A DNA stretch of 63,236 nt, filler included, from Dimargaris cristalligena (Eukaryota): NCBI GenBank assembly GCA_003614675.1. It is 14 parts of 14 records of this genome, joined end to end, with 100 filler letters (N's around TTAATTAATTAA, not from the genome) between each part and the next. Parts side by side here need not be neighbours in the genome. Positions count along the whole stretch, not along the records: positions 22,658 to 27,091 come from ML003779.1; positions 27,192 to 31,625 come from ML003780.1; positions 31,726 to 36,154 come from ML003781.1; positions 36,255 to 40,682 come from ML003782.1; 10 more parts are not named here. One strand, written 5' to 3'. A program made the translations under genes and the position numbers. Positions within the stretch are counted from its first letter, which is position 1, and each line of letters opens with the position of its first letter. The notes beneath the pieces were generated by a model. It was not told where the DNA came from and did no database searches. It was given only the letters and a program-made list of their open reading frames with translations. Shown here in pieces: positions 23,163 through 36,562 of this stretch.

Positions 23163-25793
23163 ATGTTGAAGCAAGTTGTGGCCGTGATTGGCTCTACGGG
23201 AGTGGGTAAATCCCAGCTCGCCGTAGAACTGGCCAAAGCCTTTGGTGGGGAAATCATCAATGCCGACGCCATGCAGGTAAGGCAAGCAAGGGGCCGTCCA
23301 TTCCCTTCGTGGTGGTCACCCACCCCTTTGACGTTGTTCAGCTTGCCGGGGTTCCTTGACGGCCCCACACCCGTCGCCCTAATGGCCGGGAATGGGTTAT
23401 AGTGGACCCGCCAATATCTAACTCGTACGGCTTTCACCCTCCTGTCTTCCACCCCACCCCACCCACTGTGTAGATGTACCAGGGATTCGATATCCTCACC
23501 AACAAAGTAACCCCTGGCGAGCAGGAGGGTATCCCCCACCATTTACTAGGCTGCCTTAGCCCTAATGGTGAATACAGCGTGACCGACTTCGAGAAGGATG
23601 CCTTGAAAAAGGTAAGTGTGTTCAAATCAATGCCCTCTCTCCTGAACAGACCTTGGCTTCCCCCCTTCACGGGGGCGACAGGCCGGGCCAGTTAGCACCT
23701 ACCAAATAGGTTGTAGGGGGGCACTCACGACCTTCCTAGCCATACCACTGATTAATGCATCATAGTGCTATTATCTTACTAAACAGTGTTTCTCCCGGCC
23801 TTGACCACTTTTATTTTACGCAGATCGCCGAGATTCAGGCACGCGACCGCTTGCCGATCCTGGTGGGGGGTACCCATTACTATGTCCAGGCCGTGCTGTG
23901 GAATCAGTCGTTGGTGTCGAACCGAGCCCCTTTGCCAAGTCAACCGTCGACTGCCCCCTTTCCCGGCCTAACCGGTGAGGTCCAGGATTTTAATTCCCTT
24001 GACAACCCTGCTCTATACCGGCTCCTTAATACTGTCGATCCGACCATGGCCCAACAGTGGCACCCTAATGATCGGCGAAAGCTCGTGCGGAGCCTAGAGG
24101 TTTATAGGGACACTGGCCGACCGCATAGCGAGTGGATCCGGGAGACCCAGACGGCCACCCACGGCAGCCAGCGACTGCGCTTCCCTACCTGTATTTTCTG
24201 GGTGGGTGCCGACCCTCCCACTCTCAATCCCCGCCTGGACTCTCGAGTCGACCAAATGGTCCAGGTAAGTTCGATGCCTAGTTCGGGAGTAGTCTAGTGT
24301 ATTGGGGTGTATATTTTTTTCCAATCGTTGTGTGTCTTCTTCAGTCGGCCCCTTAGTTTTTACTGTATACATCGATTCCGCCATGTTCATTAATATATGA
24401 TGGGGTTACGCTTATGGTCTACTGTTTTGAATTTTTGTCAATCGGTAATATATAGCGGGGTCTATTATCCGAATTGGAGGAGCTGCGCCGATTAGAGCCG
24501 GTGACCGTTTCCGGGGATCGGGACTATACCCGGGGAATTCTACAAGCCATAGGTAAGTATCATGGGCGCTATGTCGGGCTAAGGATTTGTCTAGCCTTCA
24601 TTAGGTGGCCCCATTTATCTTCATCAAATGTCGTTATTGTGGGCCCCGTTTCCTACTATGTGGCATGAGGTTTAATCTTCAATACCGCGCGAAGATCTCT
24701 CCCCTCATTATGTTAGTGCCTTAATATTTAAATATTTCTCGGTCTGGAGTCGTTGGTAATCTAGTATTTGAAGCGGAGCAACGCTTTTTATTTGTCCCTC
24801 GCCTGGGTTGCTAATTAGATAATGATCAACTCATTCCATATGTGTTCTCTCTCCGATTTGATCATGTTAACCCCTATGCCCTCGATGGGTCGATGCAGGT
24901 CTAAAGGAATTTGAACCCATGCTCCAACAAGCGCAAATGATGGGAGTGGCCGATTACAATGGTAATTAACTAACATCTGGCCTTGGTTGGCCCATCTATT
25001 TGTCGTTGCCACTTATTAAACGATCGACTTGGGTGATGGAATGGAATTATTTCTTCATTCGTATACATTGGCCGGAGAACGAAAGTGTATTTCCTTACAA
25101 CTCCCCTATGGGGAAGGGTGAGTTGCTCTCGTACATTTCCTAGATTTAGAGGTATTTGTCCTTCATAAATACCAACCTGTATATTCATTGCCTTGAATTA
25201 TGTTTCGTTACTGCTACCCATCACCGGACCTCGGTGCTTATACAGATCCGCAGTTAGACGAGGCCCGAACCATTTGCCTGGAGCGAATGAAAATCGGTAC
25301 CCGCCAGTACGCCAAGCGGCAAATTGCTTGGATTCGCAATAAGCTACTGCCGCTCTTTCGGGCCACCGAAGTGGGCCCCCCGGCATCCGCGTTTTATCTC
25401 CTCGACGCCAACCACCTTGATGCGTGGTCTGCTCGGGTTCGGGACACGGCAGTGGACGTAAATCGGGCCTTCCTAGCCAGCGGCCCTCTGTTGGACCCTA
25501 TCCAGGTCAACCCGGCTGCTGCCCCGTACTTAAACCCCGGGCAAACCGGGCCATTACGAAGCGTTGGGGATTGGAAGAAGCACACCTGCCCTGAGTGTAC
25601 CGAGGCGAATCAAGGCACCCCGCTGGTGTTGAATGGCCAGGCCGAGTGGGAAGCACATCGAACCTCCCGCAGGCATCGTCGTTCATTGAAATGGCTCAAA
25701 GTGCAGAAAGACAAACTTAAGTACAGGTCCACCTCACCTGCTTCGATCCCCGATTCGAAACCAACAGGGGCAACGCAACCACGGAAGCACTAG
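23163..25793 (+). CDS. MOD5: tRNA dimethylallyltransferase (isopentenyltransferase), 6 exons
   Basis: Exons 23163-23276, 23474-23611, 23824-24264, 24456-24552, 24899-24961 and 25246-25793 join in phase with GT-AG. Motifs [55 protein letters not shown] and C-terminal C2H2 finger. Confidence 0.95.
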
Positions 25794-27363
25794 GATGTAC
25801 ATTGTGCTCCTTGGCTATCCATCGATTGTGTATGATTGGTGACTGGTCTCGTTGACCTGATAGAGCAAAAGGGCCATATGCCGACATTTTTTACTCTATT
25901 TAGAAGCGGGATTTTACTATATTTTATCCGTTTCTTGTATTATCCATTCCCCGATTAGGTGAAGTTCCAGCTTAATTCGCGGATGTCGACCGCAGCCCCC
26001 TTTGGCTCTTTATGATTTCATTTCATCGCATGTTGTCCCATTCCAGTCAGTTTCCCAAGCAAAAACTACTCCTGGCAGGGTGTACTAGCCAGAGGCGCAG
26101 ACATAGAATTTCCGAGACCCAATTAAGAGTGCCGTATTGCTCTAAGAAAATTAAAGTAAAGTAAGATACAGTTGGGCCGGCGGTATAGCCCCGTTGGGGG
26201 AGAACGCTGGATAGAAGACATACTTACAGTTTGGTTGAAATCCGGGAGGCTAATTAATGGAGGGGCTGGTGAAGTTTTGGTCGCGGGCATTAAATTCGCT
26301 GCAGTAATATCATCAAGTAAATCGGGGAAGTGACATCTACTACCATTTCCGAATAGGCCAGAGTAGTCGGATAGATGATAGCTTAACCTAAAGCCGTTTC
26401 TACTCGAGGAAATATTTTCACTCATTGCCTTGGATGGTGTTTGCTGGCGTTCTTTGGCCAGTACTTATATTCACGCTTCCATAGCTACTCATCAAGGACT
26501 CCACAACTGCTATGCCTCACTAAGACAGTAGGACCTGGTCCCAATTGCATTCTAAGCACCTTTCCCACTACACACTGACTATGGATACCGATCAAAGCCT
26601 GCAAGCCGCCACACTCCCCCACAGCCCGTTCCCGGCCCCTAACATTAGGGAATTCCCCCGGGTCAACCATATATCCGAATTTGGCTGAAGTGTAGGCAAG
26701 GAAATAGAAAACCGGACCTTTATTTTTTACCTGTAAGAAATACCCGCCCCAGCCAACGGGGTTTTCATTATGTGGCCAGGGTGAACACCATCTGCCGTAA
26801 TATAAATGCATCTATAGTCCCACACAGACTAACAATCAATACCCGAAATATCTAACTGGCTGACCCATGTTATACCCCCCCCCTGGCCGATACTCTAGTT
26901 TGCTCTCATGAGGAGGAGTTAGGGGTAGACGAGCTGGCCATGTGGTGATCAACCCGGGTCATTTTTCATACACAAGGGATGAGGGGAGGGGGCATTTGGG
27001 GGTCATGCATGGCACAAAGTATTTAAGCCAGGATATTATAAATAGGGTTTCTCTGCCCACCTGGCCGCTCGACTTTCACCACTGGTGACCTNNNNNNNNN
27101 NNNNNNNNNNNNNNNNNNNNNNNNNNNNNNNNNNNTTAATTAATTAANNNNNNNNNNNNNNNNNNNNNNNNNNNNNNNNNNNNNNNNNNNNGGGCCTAGG
27201 AATAGGTGCCGCCGAAGTTTGTGGTTCTTGGGGAGGCGGCACAACAGGCTTTTATAAGAGACCCTTTGTTATACCCCACCTCCCAGCCCGTCCGCAACCT
27301 CAATGGCCCCATCCATCCATCCAAAACCCCAAATACCTACCCATCTCTACCCCCGGTACACCG

Positions 27364-28356
27364 ATGGCAACTCGTAATAGTGGTCAGCCCCCCCCTGGCC
27401 CCCCTAATCCATCCATCCTAGCTCTGCAGCAGGAATTCCTCCAAACCCTAGCTACCCATAGTACTGAACTTACCAAGCAGTTTACATCCCAACTCGCAGA
27501 CCAGCAGGCCCAAATGGTTACCCAACTAGCTAGTTATAATGACCTCCTTACCCATTTATCCCTCATTGAGGCTGAATATGATGCTGCCCACCAAGCCCTT
27601 ACTGCATCTGAAGCCAAGAACAAAGTACTTGCCACCCAGATTACCTCCCTTATGGCCCATACCCCTAGTCCCAACCACCCTGAAACCCTATCCACCAGCC
27701 CCCAGCCTGAACTGACCTATGCCTCCCAGGTAGCTAAGCCTGCTCCACTCACTGGCCCTCCAGGCCCCCGCCATACCACTATCAATACCTGCAACCCACC
27801 CACCAATGGCCACTTGGTAACAGCTACCCATGCATTCCAACTCCCCACTGGTCCACAAGGCTATGAGTATATCATTATCCCCCAAGGCCATAAAATGTCC
27901 TGTACAGAAGCCTGCCATAGCCTCCATGTCCTTGGTATTGACACAGCCCACATCCTAGATATTATCTTCCCAGCCCATAACCATACAGCCCTACTGGTAT
28001 ACCAACAGTACTCCCCAACCCTCTGTGCCACCCTTAAGTCTGCTAAGGTCACCCCAATTGAGGACTTTGAATTCTGGGACCCTAAACACCTTGCTGATCC
28101 CAAATTTGATAATGAGTCTGATGCTACCAAGTATGCTATTACTATGGAGATACACCATGATCACTGTATCTACCTACTTATATTTTTGAGTGCTAATCAC
28201 CCCCATATTGCAACTGCCATTGGCTACTTCTTTGCTGAACAGGGCTGGATTTCTACCTCTGATATCCCACCCAGCTGTACTAATCCCTCTAAATGTTCCC
28301 ACCTAACCAATGGTGACTCTGACCAGGACTCTATGGATAACCACATGCAAGAATGA
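27364..28356 (+). CDS. LINE ORF1 protein (coiled coil plus C-terminal domain), heavily mutated
   Basis: 330-aa ORF with heptad region and TYASQV motif directly upstream of ORF2. Stop overlaps the ORF2 start (ATGA). Confidence 0.75.
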   Translation: MATRNSGQPPPGPPNPSILALQQEFLQTLATHSTELTKQFTSQLADQQAQMVTQLASYNDLLTHLSLIEAEYDAAHQALTASEAKNKVLATQITSLMAHTPSPNHPETLSTSPQPELTYASQVAKPAPLTGPPGPRHTTINTCNPPTNGHLVTATHAFQLPTGPQGYEYIIIPQGHKMSCTEACHSLHVLGIDTAHILDIIFPAHNHTALLVYQQYSPTLCATLKSAKVTPIEDFEFWDPKHLADPKFDNESDATKYAITMEIHHDHCIYLLIFLSANHPHIATAIGYFFAEQGWISTSDIPPSCTNPSKCSHLTNGDSDQDSMDNHMQE

Positions 28357-31300
28357 GCCCCTTTAGAATAGCCCTATGGAATGCCTACTCACTCTCCACA
28401 GTTAAAGCTCAGGATACCCTCTGCCATGCCTCCCTCTTTGATATAATCTTTATTACTGAAACTTGGCTTCTGCCCCCCAAATGCCTACATACCCCATGGA
28501 CCCAATATCACCAATATGGCCTACCTACCTCCAACCAGTGGCTTAGTCATATGGGTATTTGTACCCTTGTCAATCCCTCACTTAATATCCCTATTATTAA
28601 TCTCAATCTTACCTCTCCTCACTGTCTCAGCCTTTCCCTTGGGTCTTTCCAAATTATATGTCTCTATATCCCCCCCCTTCTCCCATCCAAGACACTCATT
28701 TCTACCTTATCCTCCCTCCCCCTTACCCCAAATACTATTCTCTGTGGGGACTTCAACTCCTGGCATAGACAGCTTACAGGGGACCACCATCAAAATACCC
28801 TTAGTATAGCCCTCCATAAATGGATTACCACTATATCATTCCATGTCCTTAATAATACCCTGGCCCATGGTATTCCCACCTTTTACCATTACTACCCTGG
28901 CAGGCCTACCCAGACCAGTATTATTGACCTATTTATATGTAACTTTGAACTGGAATCTGCTTCCTTAAATATCCATAAGGACCTAACACTTGGCTGTGAC
29001 CATGCTATCCTGATCCTTACTTTTTTCCCCCTACCCCACCCTATTCCTCTCCCCCTACTAGTACCCCCCACAAATGGCACCTCAATAGACTTGCAGATGA
29101 GAAACACTGCCTCTACTATACCTCCTCTTTTATTACACACTCTACACCCCTCCTGAATCAATTACTTCCCCTTATTACTAACCCCCCACCCCTAGCCCCT
29201 GATATCCACCAACTCACTCTTGCACTTAATGGCTGTATCTATACTGCATTGGACAGCTCAGTTGGCCATCAGGGGCCACATATGCCCTTTTCCAAACCTT
29301 AGTAGATACCCCACCTTACCTCTGCTGTACAACTTCGGGACTGTCTGTATAAGTAGTGGCACCAGGTTATTGGTATTAACAAAATAGTTAAATGGGCTGC
29401 ATATCAATTAGCACAAAGGAAATTTCATAATACTATCTGCTCCCATCAGTGGCTGTCTTGGCATTAATTCTGCACCTCCCTTGAAGAAAACCCCCAGTCA
29501 GCTATCTCCCATATCAGCCGCCTGCAATGCTATCACCAACTACAGCCCTCATTCACCTATCCAGATGGCCCTCTGACTACCACTAATATTATGGCTACTC
29601 ATTCAGCCCAGACATATGATGGGAAACACCTCCCTTCCCCCTCCCATCCCATCCAGTGATACTCCATATACACTACCTGATTCACTCCTATCACCATCAA
29701 CTGTGACATATAACATCTGCTGCCTACCCTATAGGAAGGCTCCTGGTCATGACCATATTAAGGCTGAAATACTTTGGCCAATTACTGGTCCCCTCTCCCT
29801 TATCCTCTCTGCTATCTTCAGTCTCTGCTGGTAGTGGGCCTATACCTCCCCTCTCTGGAGGACAGCTATAGTTTTCCCTATTTTTAAAAAAGGTGATAGG
29901 TCTGATCCAGCTAATTATTGGCCAATCTCCCTTACATCACACATCAGAAAATTATTTGAATACTGTCTGACCCCCTTTCTTAATATGTTCACACCACCTC
30001 TGGATCCTGCCTAAGGTGGTTTTTGGTCCCAATGGGGTGCACTTGACCAGGCACTATGCCTCCATGAGCTTATACAGGCCCACTATAATACCTACCACCA
30101 TTTTCCCACTATTACCTTCCTTGATATTAAGGCAGCCTATGATACAGTAGACCATTCAGTGATTTGGGCAGCTATCTCTAGTATATCCCCAACCCCTGGA
30201 TTCCTCCCCTTACTTTCTCATATTTTTGATGATATATTTATATCAGTCTCTCTTCAATGCTTTATCTCAGAGCCTTTTAGGCCAAAAATGGGGGTTCTAC
30301 AGGGCTCTGTTCTGAGCCCACAACTCTATTTAATCTTTATTAACAGTCTACCCAGCCTTATTCAGTAAGCTGCACACCCATCTACACCCTCTATCCCCCC
30401 CTGTAGTGGGTATAATCACCACTCTTTAGCTATTAATTCACTACACTATGCTGATGATGTTACTATTCTCAGCTCTCCTGATGATGTTGCTAACATGTTG
30501 GTCCTTGCTGAGAGGCACTCAATTTTACATGGGTACCGCTGGAGCCCCTCTAAGTGTATACTCCTCACCACAAACCAGCAGCTCCCCTTTAAACTATATG
30601 GCACCCCTCTGACCCATCAAGAGGATTTTCCTTATTTGGGTATCCCATTTACACAAAAGGGGATATCTCCTCCCCTTCTCCTGGCCCATACTACCAGTTG
30701 TACATACAACTGTATGGGGCTGCTTGCAGCTATGGGCTTGAAATGGTCTGGCTTTAATACTGCCCTATGTTTGTACCTATATACTGCTCTTGTGTGCGCA
30801 ATTTTTGAGTATGGTATAGCTATATACTCCCTTAATGCTACCCAGACAAAAACCCTGGAAAAAGCCCAAGATATCTACTTACGGTGGATTATTGGTAGCC
30901 AGGATAGATCATCTACCCATATTCTCCACTATATCTATGGCCTCCCATCAATAGCCCACAGGGCCTAGGTTCTCACTGCCAAATACTGTCTTCGAGTGGC
31001 CCTTCTGCCAGAGGATAGCCTCCTTACACTCATCCAGCCAATCCTCCGAGAATCCTACCTCTCATCCACTCTCTGCTAATCCCCTCTCTTCCTCTCTATC
31101 CCCCTGTCCCCCTCTAATTCTGACATTAGGATTCCCATACTGAAGGCCTGCCTTACCGAAGTTGATTTATTACAGAGTACCCAGGCCCTTATGAAAGGTT
31201 GCTGCTATCTTATTGGCAAAGACCCCATTACCTACTTGCCTGCCACTCACTTTGAATGCCACCATCTAATTCTCTCATATATGGGGTAGTTACTAGGCCA

Positions 31301-31599
31301 CTATAAGGATTGCCCATGTGACACTGGCCACACATCCCAAAACCATCTCCCAAAATGCCCTCTCATCCCCCACCCATTACTTAATGCACTACCATCCCCC
31401 CAACAGATAATAACCCCATTGATTTTGCCATCTCCTCCCTACCAATGTCCCCCCACTACCCCTGCCACTTTTAGGGTCCCCCTCCTTAAAATACTACTGT
31501 ATATTGACCATATATGTCACCCTGATATCATACTTCCCCCAGAGGTCTCGGGCTTAATTTGGTCTACTACCATTGCAGTTAACCCTCCAGTCATATAGT
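28353..31599 (+). pseudogene. LINE ORF2 (APE endonuclease, reverse transcriptase, Cys-His tail) with stops and frameshifts
   Basis: LWNA, ITETW, GDFN, IIDL, CDH; KAPGHD, PIFKKGD..NYWPISL, FLDIKAAYDTV, GVLQGSVLSP, YADD, YLG; CPC...HLPKC. End approximate. Confidence 0.9.
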
Positions 31600-32647
31600 C
31601 CTGAGCTATAGCTCTGCCTCCCCCTNNNNNNNNNNNNNNNNNNNNNNNNNNNNNNNNNNNNNNNNNNNNTTAATTAATTAANNNNNNNNNNNNNNNNNNN
31701 NNNNNNNNNNNNNNNNNNNNNNNNNGTCAAGTTTACCACTGCCCTAATTTGAGTGCAAATATGACTCCCTTTAATGCTTTGATATAAAGCAGATATTATC
31801 AAAAAAAGAAATAAATTCCAATATAATTTCGTTTGTTGCACACTGGCTCTTAGGACCATTAGCTCTTTATGTATATCTTTAATACTTCTATTTAGTCAGG
31901 GCGCGCATGACCGTAGTCATTACCGCCATTATTATATGAAAGCATAGTGTATGGAAGAACCACAATATCGAAACCATATTAAGTGGTTGAAACAAGATTA
32001 CAGTCGACTATACGGAGCCGAGAATTGCAGAAACACTAGTTGATAGTTGGGAAGGAGTCGAATAACTGAGATGGCCAGAAATATGGGGTGTATGGAAAGG
32101 GCGCCTGGACCTTAAGGACGCAGCAGTGGTTAACTTGGGTACCGTGGCTTAGACTGTCTATCCGCTTCCGACATCTCTGGCACTTCTCACCATTAATAAA
32201 CACTGACCATTCCTTAATTTCACTTTTTCACTTTTATCAGCCAATCTAGCCAGTAGTAGTAATTGCTCCCAAAACGTATTTTGATTACACAGAAGACTAT
32301 GCCTAGCGGGGATGATAGTTGAATACAGGGGGTATAGTAGTGATACATCTCCTCTTTTAGTTTGGTTATGATCCAGTGCTGCTGTATTAGAGAGGTATAT
32401 AGAATTTTAAATGGTATCTAGATAACACTACCTATTTTAGTATTATCATTCAAGATGAGTTGGCCACAGGGCTCATACAACTATTGTAATATTTGTGGTT
32501 TTGACCATTTTAATATCTATAAACTCAAGCTCTGCTGTTCTTATTTTTTTCTAGCCCCCTTTGACCCTTCCAGGATAAATATAAAAGGGTTGGAAAGGGT
32601 GGTATTTACAAGAATGAATTTATATATAAGTATTTACAATTGGTTAC

Positions 32648-33194
32648 TGTTGCCCCTCCTAATGCCACCTAAATGCAGAGTAGCAAGCAGCCCATCCTAT
32701 CCTGCCTTATAGGGCCATATTGCCTGCCCTTGCTATATAATCCTCTATGACCAGCCCCCCAATGCTTCAAACACAGCACTCCACCGGCTGATCCAATGTT
32801 CCTCCTTTCTTAATGGAGTCTTCTGGAAGCAAGACCACCTGGTCAAGACTCCATCCCTCACCTCTTCCTTAGTCATCCCATTCTCTTAGGGGCCTCTTAT
32901 TATGAGCAGCCCCCATGTATCAATAGCTGGGCCCCTCTGGGACCAGTTCAGTTCCTTAGCTTATTTCTTACCCCCATAATTTATCCTCAATAAACTTCCT
33001 ATATACTTACCTATTGTATTAATCAGTAAGTGTGCCCATTGCACATCCCTTGCATTAGCCACACATATCCTTTATTGGTTAGTACCCCTCCCACCCCAAC
33101 ATTAGTAGCTGCTTGGCTGAGCCTAAGCCCACCTACTGTTAGAAGCCTACCCCCAGGACTCTTGATAGACTAAGAGTAGTTAACTCGGGCAACA
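32648..33194 (+). mobile_element. Solo LTR, family 1
   Basis: TGTTGCCC...GGGCAACA termini with perfect 5-bp TSD GTTAC. Confidence 0.92.
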
Positions 33195-34221
33195 GTTACA
33201 GTGGCAACTATAGCCATAGTTGCAGGAGGTGCTCAAGCAGTGTACCTCTACATTTAGGATGGTTGGATATAAATGAAAATGAAGTCATAAGACAACTCTA
33301 TCTATACATGGCAAGCTTGTAGTTACCAGGTGGCTATTTGAGTGGGCTGCCTATAACCCCCTCCCACACATGCACACACCTTGGTTAATCCACTCATGTG
33401 TTGGTAAACCCCATTTCTGGGATCCCATCCCTTCCCCCCTGAATACATAATACCCCCCACCCCAACATTGCCCCATGCACCAATGCCAATAGCACAGGGT
33501 ATATAAAAGGGTGGGTTGGATAATTATTTTGCCTCTGTAGCCACAGGCACAAAGCATGGGATCAACCATTGCCCTGATGCAGGATAATGAAACTTGAGCC
33601 AACTGGGGCCTGAACTTAGATGGCTCACTTTACACTCAGAGTGGAAAAAGCAAAGTCAATAGTAGACTATGATTGGGCTTTAAGGCAGATGTATACCAAC
33701 TGGGACAAAACTTATGTCTCAATTATTGTACTCCAATATCTGCCCCATGTAACAAAGAAGATGCCCCCTCTTGGCAAAAGTATTGATGACATTATATATA
33801 ACCCTAGGCTTCATATCAGCTGCTGGCCAATATGGCATTGGAGTCTTCTTTAATACCAATAGCTATGATACAGTGCTCAAGCGGTGGGCAGTGGTCTGCA
33901 GTAACATCAGTAATGACATTCTTCACACAATTGATACTCTTATGGATGCCTATTTTTCTATTATTATTATGCAATGAAGGGTGCTACTACCATCCCTCAT
34001 TCTCAAGTGGGGCCAGATTCTAAATGAAAAAGACACTACCACTACCGCTGGTTTACCTGCTATTGTTTGAATCCACATCTCTACTATTTTACTTTCCTGA
34101 TGACTACGTACTTATCTTTGGCATTGGGATACATAGCATCTTGATTTGTATAACCTTAGCACACCTAGCTATATTTTCCACATACTCTTCCCCATTCCCC
34201 CACTACCTTTTAACCATCACA

Positions 34222-34573
34222 ATGAGAATTAGATTGGTCTTCATTGTGGTCATTGCCATTATGAGTAGTCTTGTATTTGTCACTTCTCAATTCAAGGAAC
34301 CTAAACACCATCTTGTGTGTCAAGGCAAAAAGTCAACCAGTGGAGATATCAATGAGGGATCTGGACAAGCCTCTAGTTTCAAAAAAAAACAGTAATAGTA
34401 AATCAATATTGAAGACATCTACTAAGGGTGGCACCCTTGGTGGGTCCTTTTTGGGAAAGGCCACCTTCTACAATATTAAGGGAATTCACCCCTTCACTAA
34501 TAAGAGTAGCACAAAAATGTCAATATTAGTACTAGTAAGTACTGGGTTGATACACATAAGTCCACTATTTTAA
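34222..34573 (+). pseudogene. Decayed small secreted protein gene
   Basis: MRIRLVFIVVIAIMSSLVFVTS signal-like start, no CpG in the region, apparent frameshift at an A9 run (34381-34389). Confidence 0.45.
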
Positions 34574-34591
34574 GTTTATTTTAAAAATGAT

Positions 34592-35803
34592 TGTCACCTG
34601 GGTTAACTACTCTTAGTATGTTAAGAGTCCTGAAGATAGGCTTGTAATAATAGGTGGGGCTTAGGCTTGGCTAAGTGGGTTGCTAGTATTAGGTATAGGC
34701 ATAGTACTAACTAATAAAAGCTATAACAGATATATGCAAGGGATATACAACAGGCACACTTACTAGTCAGTATATGGGGGATGAGTATATATAGGGTTTG
34801 TTAGGGGTAAACCAGGGGGTAAGAAATAAGCTAAGGAATCAAACTAGTCCCAGTGGGGCCTAGTTATATACATGTAGGGAAAACTCCAGAGGGAGGTCTG
34901 AGGGAAGGATATTACGAAGACTATAGGATAGAGAATTAGGCTAACTGGACAACTATAGGTATCTAGAAGACTCTGATGGTAACCAGAAGAGTCTTCAGAT
35001 CAGTACTTGAGTGATTAATACAAAGAGGTGGAGTCTAGAAGGTGTTGTGGTTGCACTTAATACCACAAGGTAATATAGCCTGATAACCTTATCAGGGCTG
35101 GCTAGAGCAGTCTTAGCCCAGTGGAAAAAACTAACTAACTAAGGAAAACACACACTCAGCAGGGACAATTCTGATCTGATCTTCAGACAGAGATAACTAG
35201 GGCAGCCGGGGATCACACAGGGATCCTTCTAGTGTATGATAGATAAGGAACAATGAATGGGCTTGGGCCAAATTGATAACAGGGATAGAGCAAGACCAGT
35301 GGATTAAAATAGCTAACTGGTAAACTATACTTAGTGTAATAACTGCCTATTTATTAGGAGAATACCCAATAGGTATTTATATGAAATGTAATAAAGGCCA
35401 CCAATATTGGCAGCTCTGAGGGTACTAAGTCTGGGGATATACCCAGACTTCTTAACTAAAATATCCTCAAGTTATGAATAAGAACTATGAATACTGAATA
35501 TTAAATATTGAATATTGAATACTGGAAAAACATCCTAGCCATCAAAGGGCTTGTAACTGGGTGGGAAAAGATGAAGACTGACATTTAGTGATATTCTTTA
35601 TCTTTTCTAAACTAAAAATAGGTTGGCCGGGATATGCTATTAGAGATTAAGTAGGCCCAGCTATAACAAAGGTAAAGAGTTATATAATATAGGATTATCC
35701 CATAGTACTAGGTGTAACTATGGGATGGTTAATATGGTACTATAAGGCCTAATAGGAAAATACACTAAGGTATCCACATTAAGGAGGATTAGATAGTCTG
35801 ACA
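34592..35803 (-). mobile_element. LTR family 1 copy split by a nested insertion
   Basis: Family-1 sequence at 34592-35042 resumes at 35669-35803 (TGTCA...TGACA ends). Confidence 0.85.
35043..35668. mobile_element. Nested element, probable solo LTR (family 3)
   Basis: TGTTGTGGTTG...CAGCTATAACA imperfect inverted termini, flanked by AAGG/AAGG. Confidence 0.7.
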
Positions 35804-36254
35804 GAAAAAGCAAATCTCAAAATGGCTCTCTCATTTAGTGGGCATTTATGCTAGTAGGTGTTTGAGCAATATAATTAATTAATAAGTAACCATGGTTGAT
35901 AAAAAATTCAACCCACTTAGCCTTTATTTTTATTATTTCCAATTACTTTTCAATTGACTACACCATATCACTAATGTGTTGAATAAATATTTTTATATGT
36001 AATAGTTTTTCTAACCCTCATGAATTGCGCTTCCATTTTAAATGTCACAACTGTAATGACACTTGAATGCAGAAAGCTATTAATATATTATTTGAATATA
36101 TAGTCGAACTCAGCGCAAACTCCCTCTCTTTAGGGCGCTTCACCTGGCTAAAATNNNNNNNNNNNNNNNNNNNNNNNNNNNNNNNNNNNNNNNNNNNNTT
36201 AATTAATTAANNNNNNNNNNNNNNNNNNNNNNNNNNNNNNNNNNNNNNNNNNNN

Positions 36255-36556
36255 AGTATTGGTATTTGATAAAAGACAAGTAAAATGATAGAATACTTTG
36301 ATTGATAAGTAAAAATAGGTATTTGAACTTCGAAATAATAATCGAATGGTTGATGTTTTTTTTTGTAGTTTTCTGGTAAAGAAATGAATAGGACTGATAA
36401 AATATATGATATTGTTTGATGAATAATTTGTTTTACAGGATGAATTGATAGAGTATGATTCAAGGAGCTGTGCTTTATGTTGATAAATGGGTTCTAATTA
36501 GTAAAGGAATCAGGTAATTAAATATCCTTCCAGTTACCTGGACTCTGCAGCACCAC
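36255..36556. mobile_element. Family 4 repeat, truncated by contig start
   Basis: Closely similar to 1268-1564. Confidence 0.75.
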
Positions 36557-36562
36557 ACTGAT

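Larger units (their letters stand above)
27192..31625 (+). mobile_element. Non-LTR retrotransposon (LINE), near full length, degenerate
   Basis: ORF1 followed by ORF2 with APE endonuclease and RT motifs, filling the whole contig. Confidence 0.93.

Noticed and set aside
31900-34020. Stop-riddled protein-like fragments around the solo LTR
   Set aside because: No identifiable motif. Too decayed to call.
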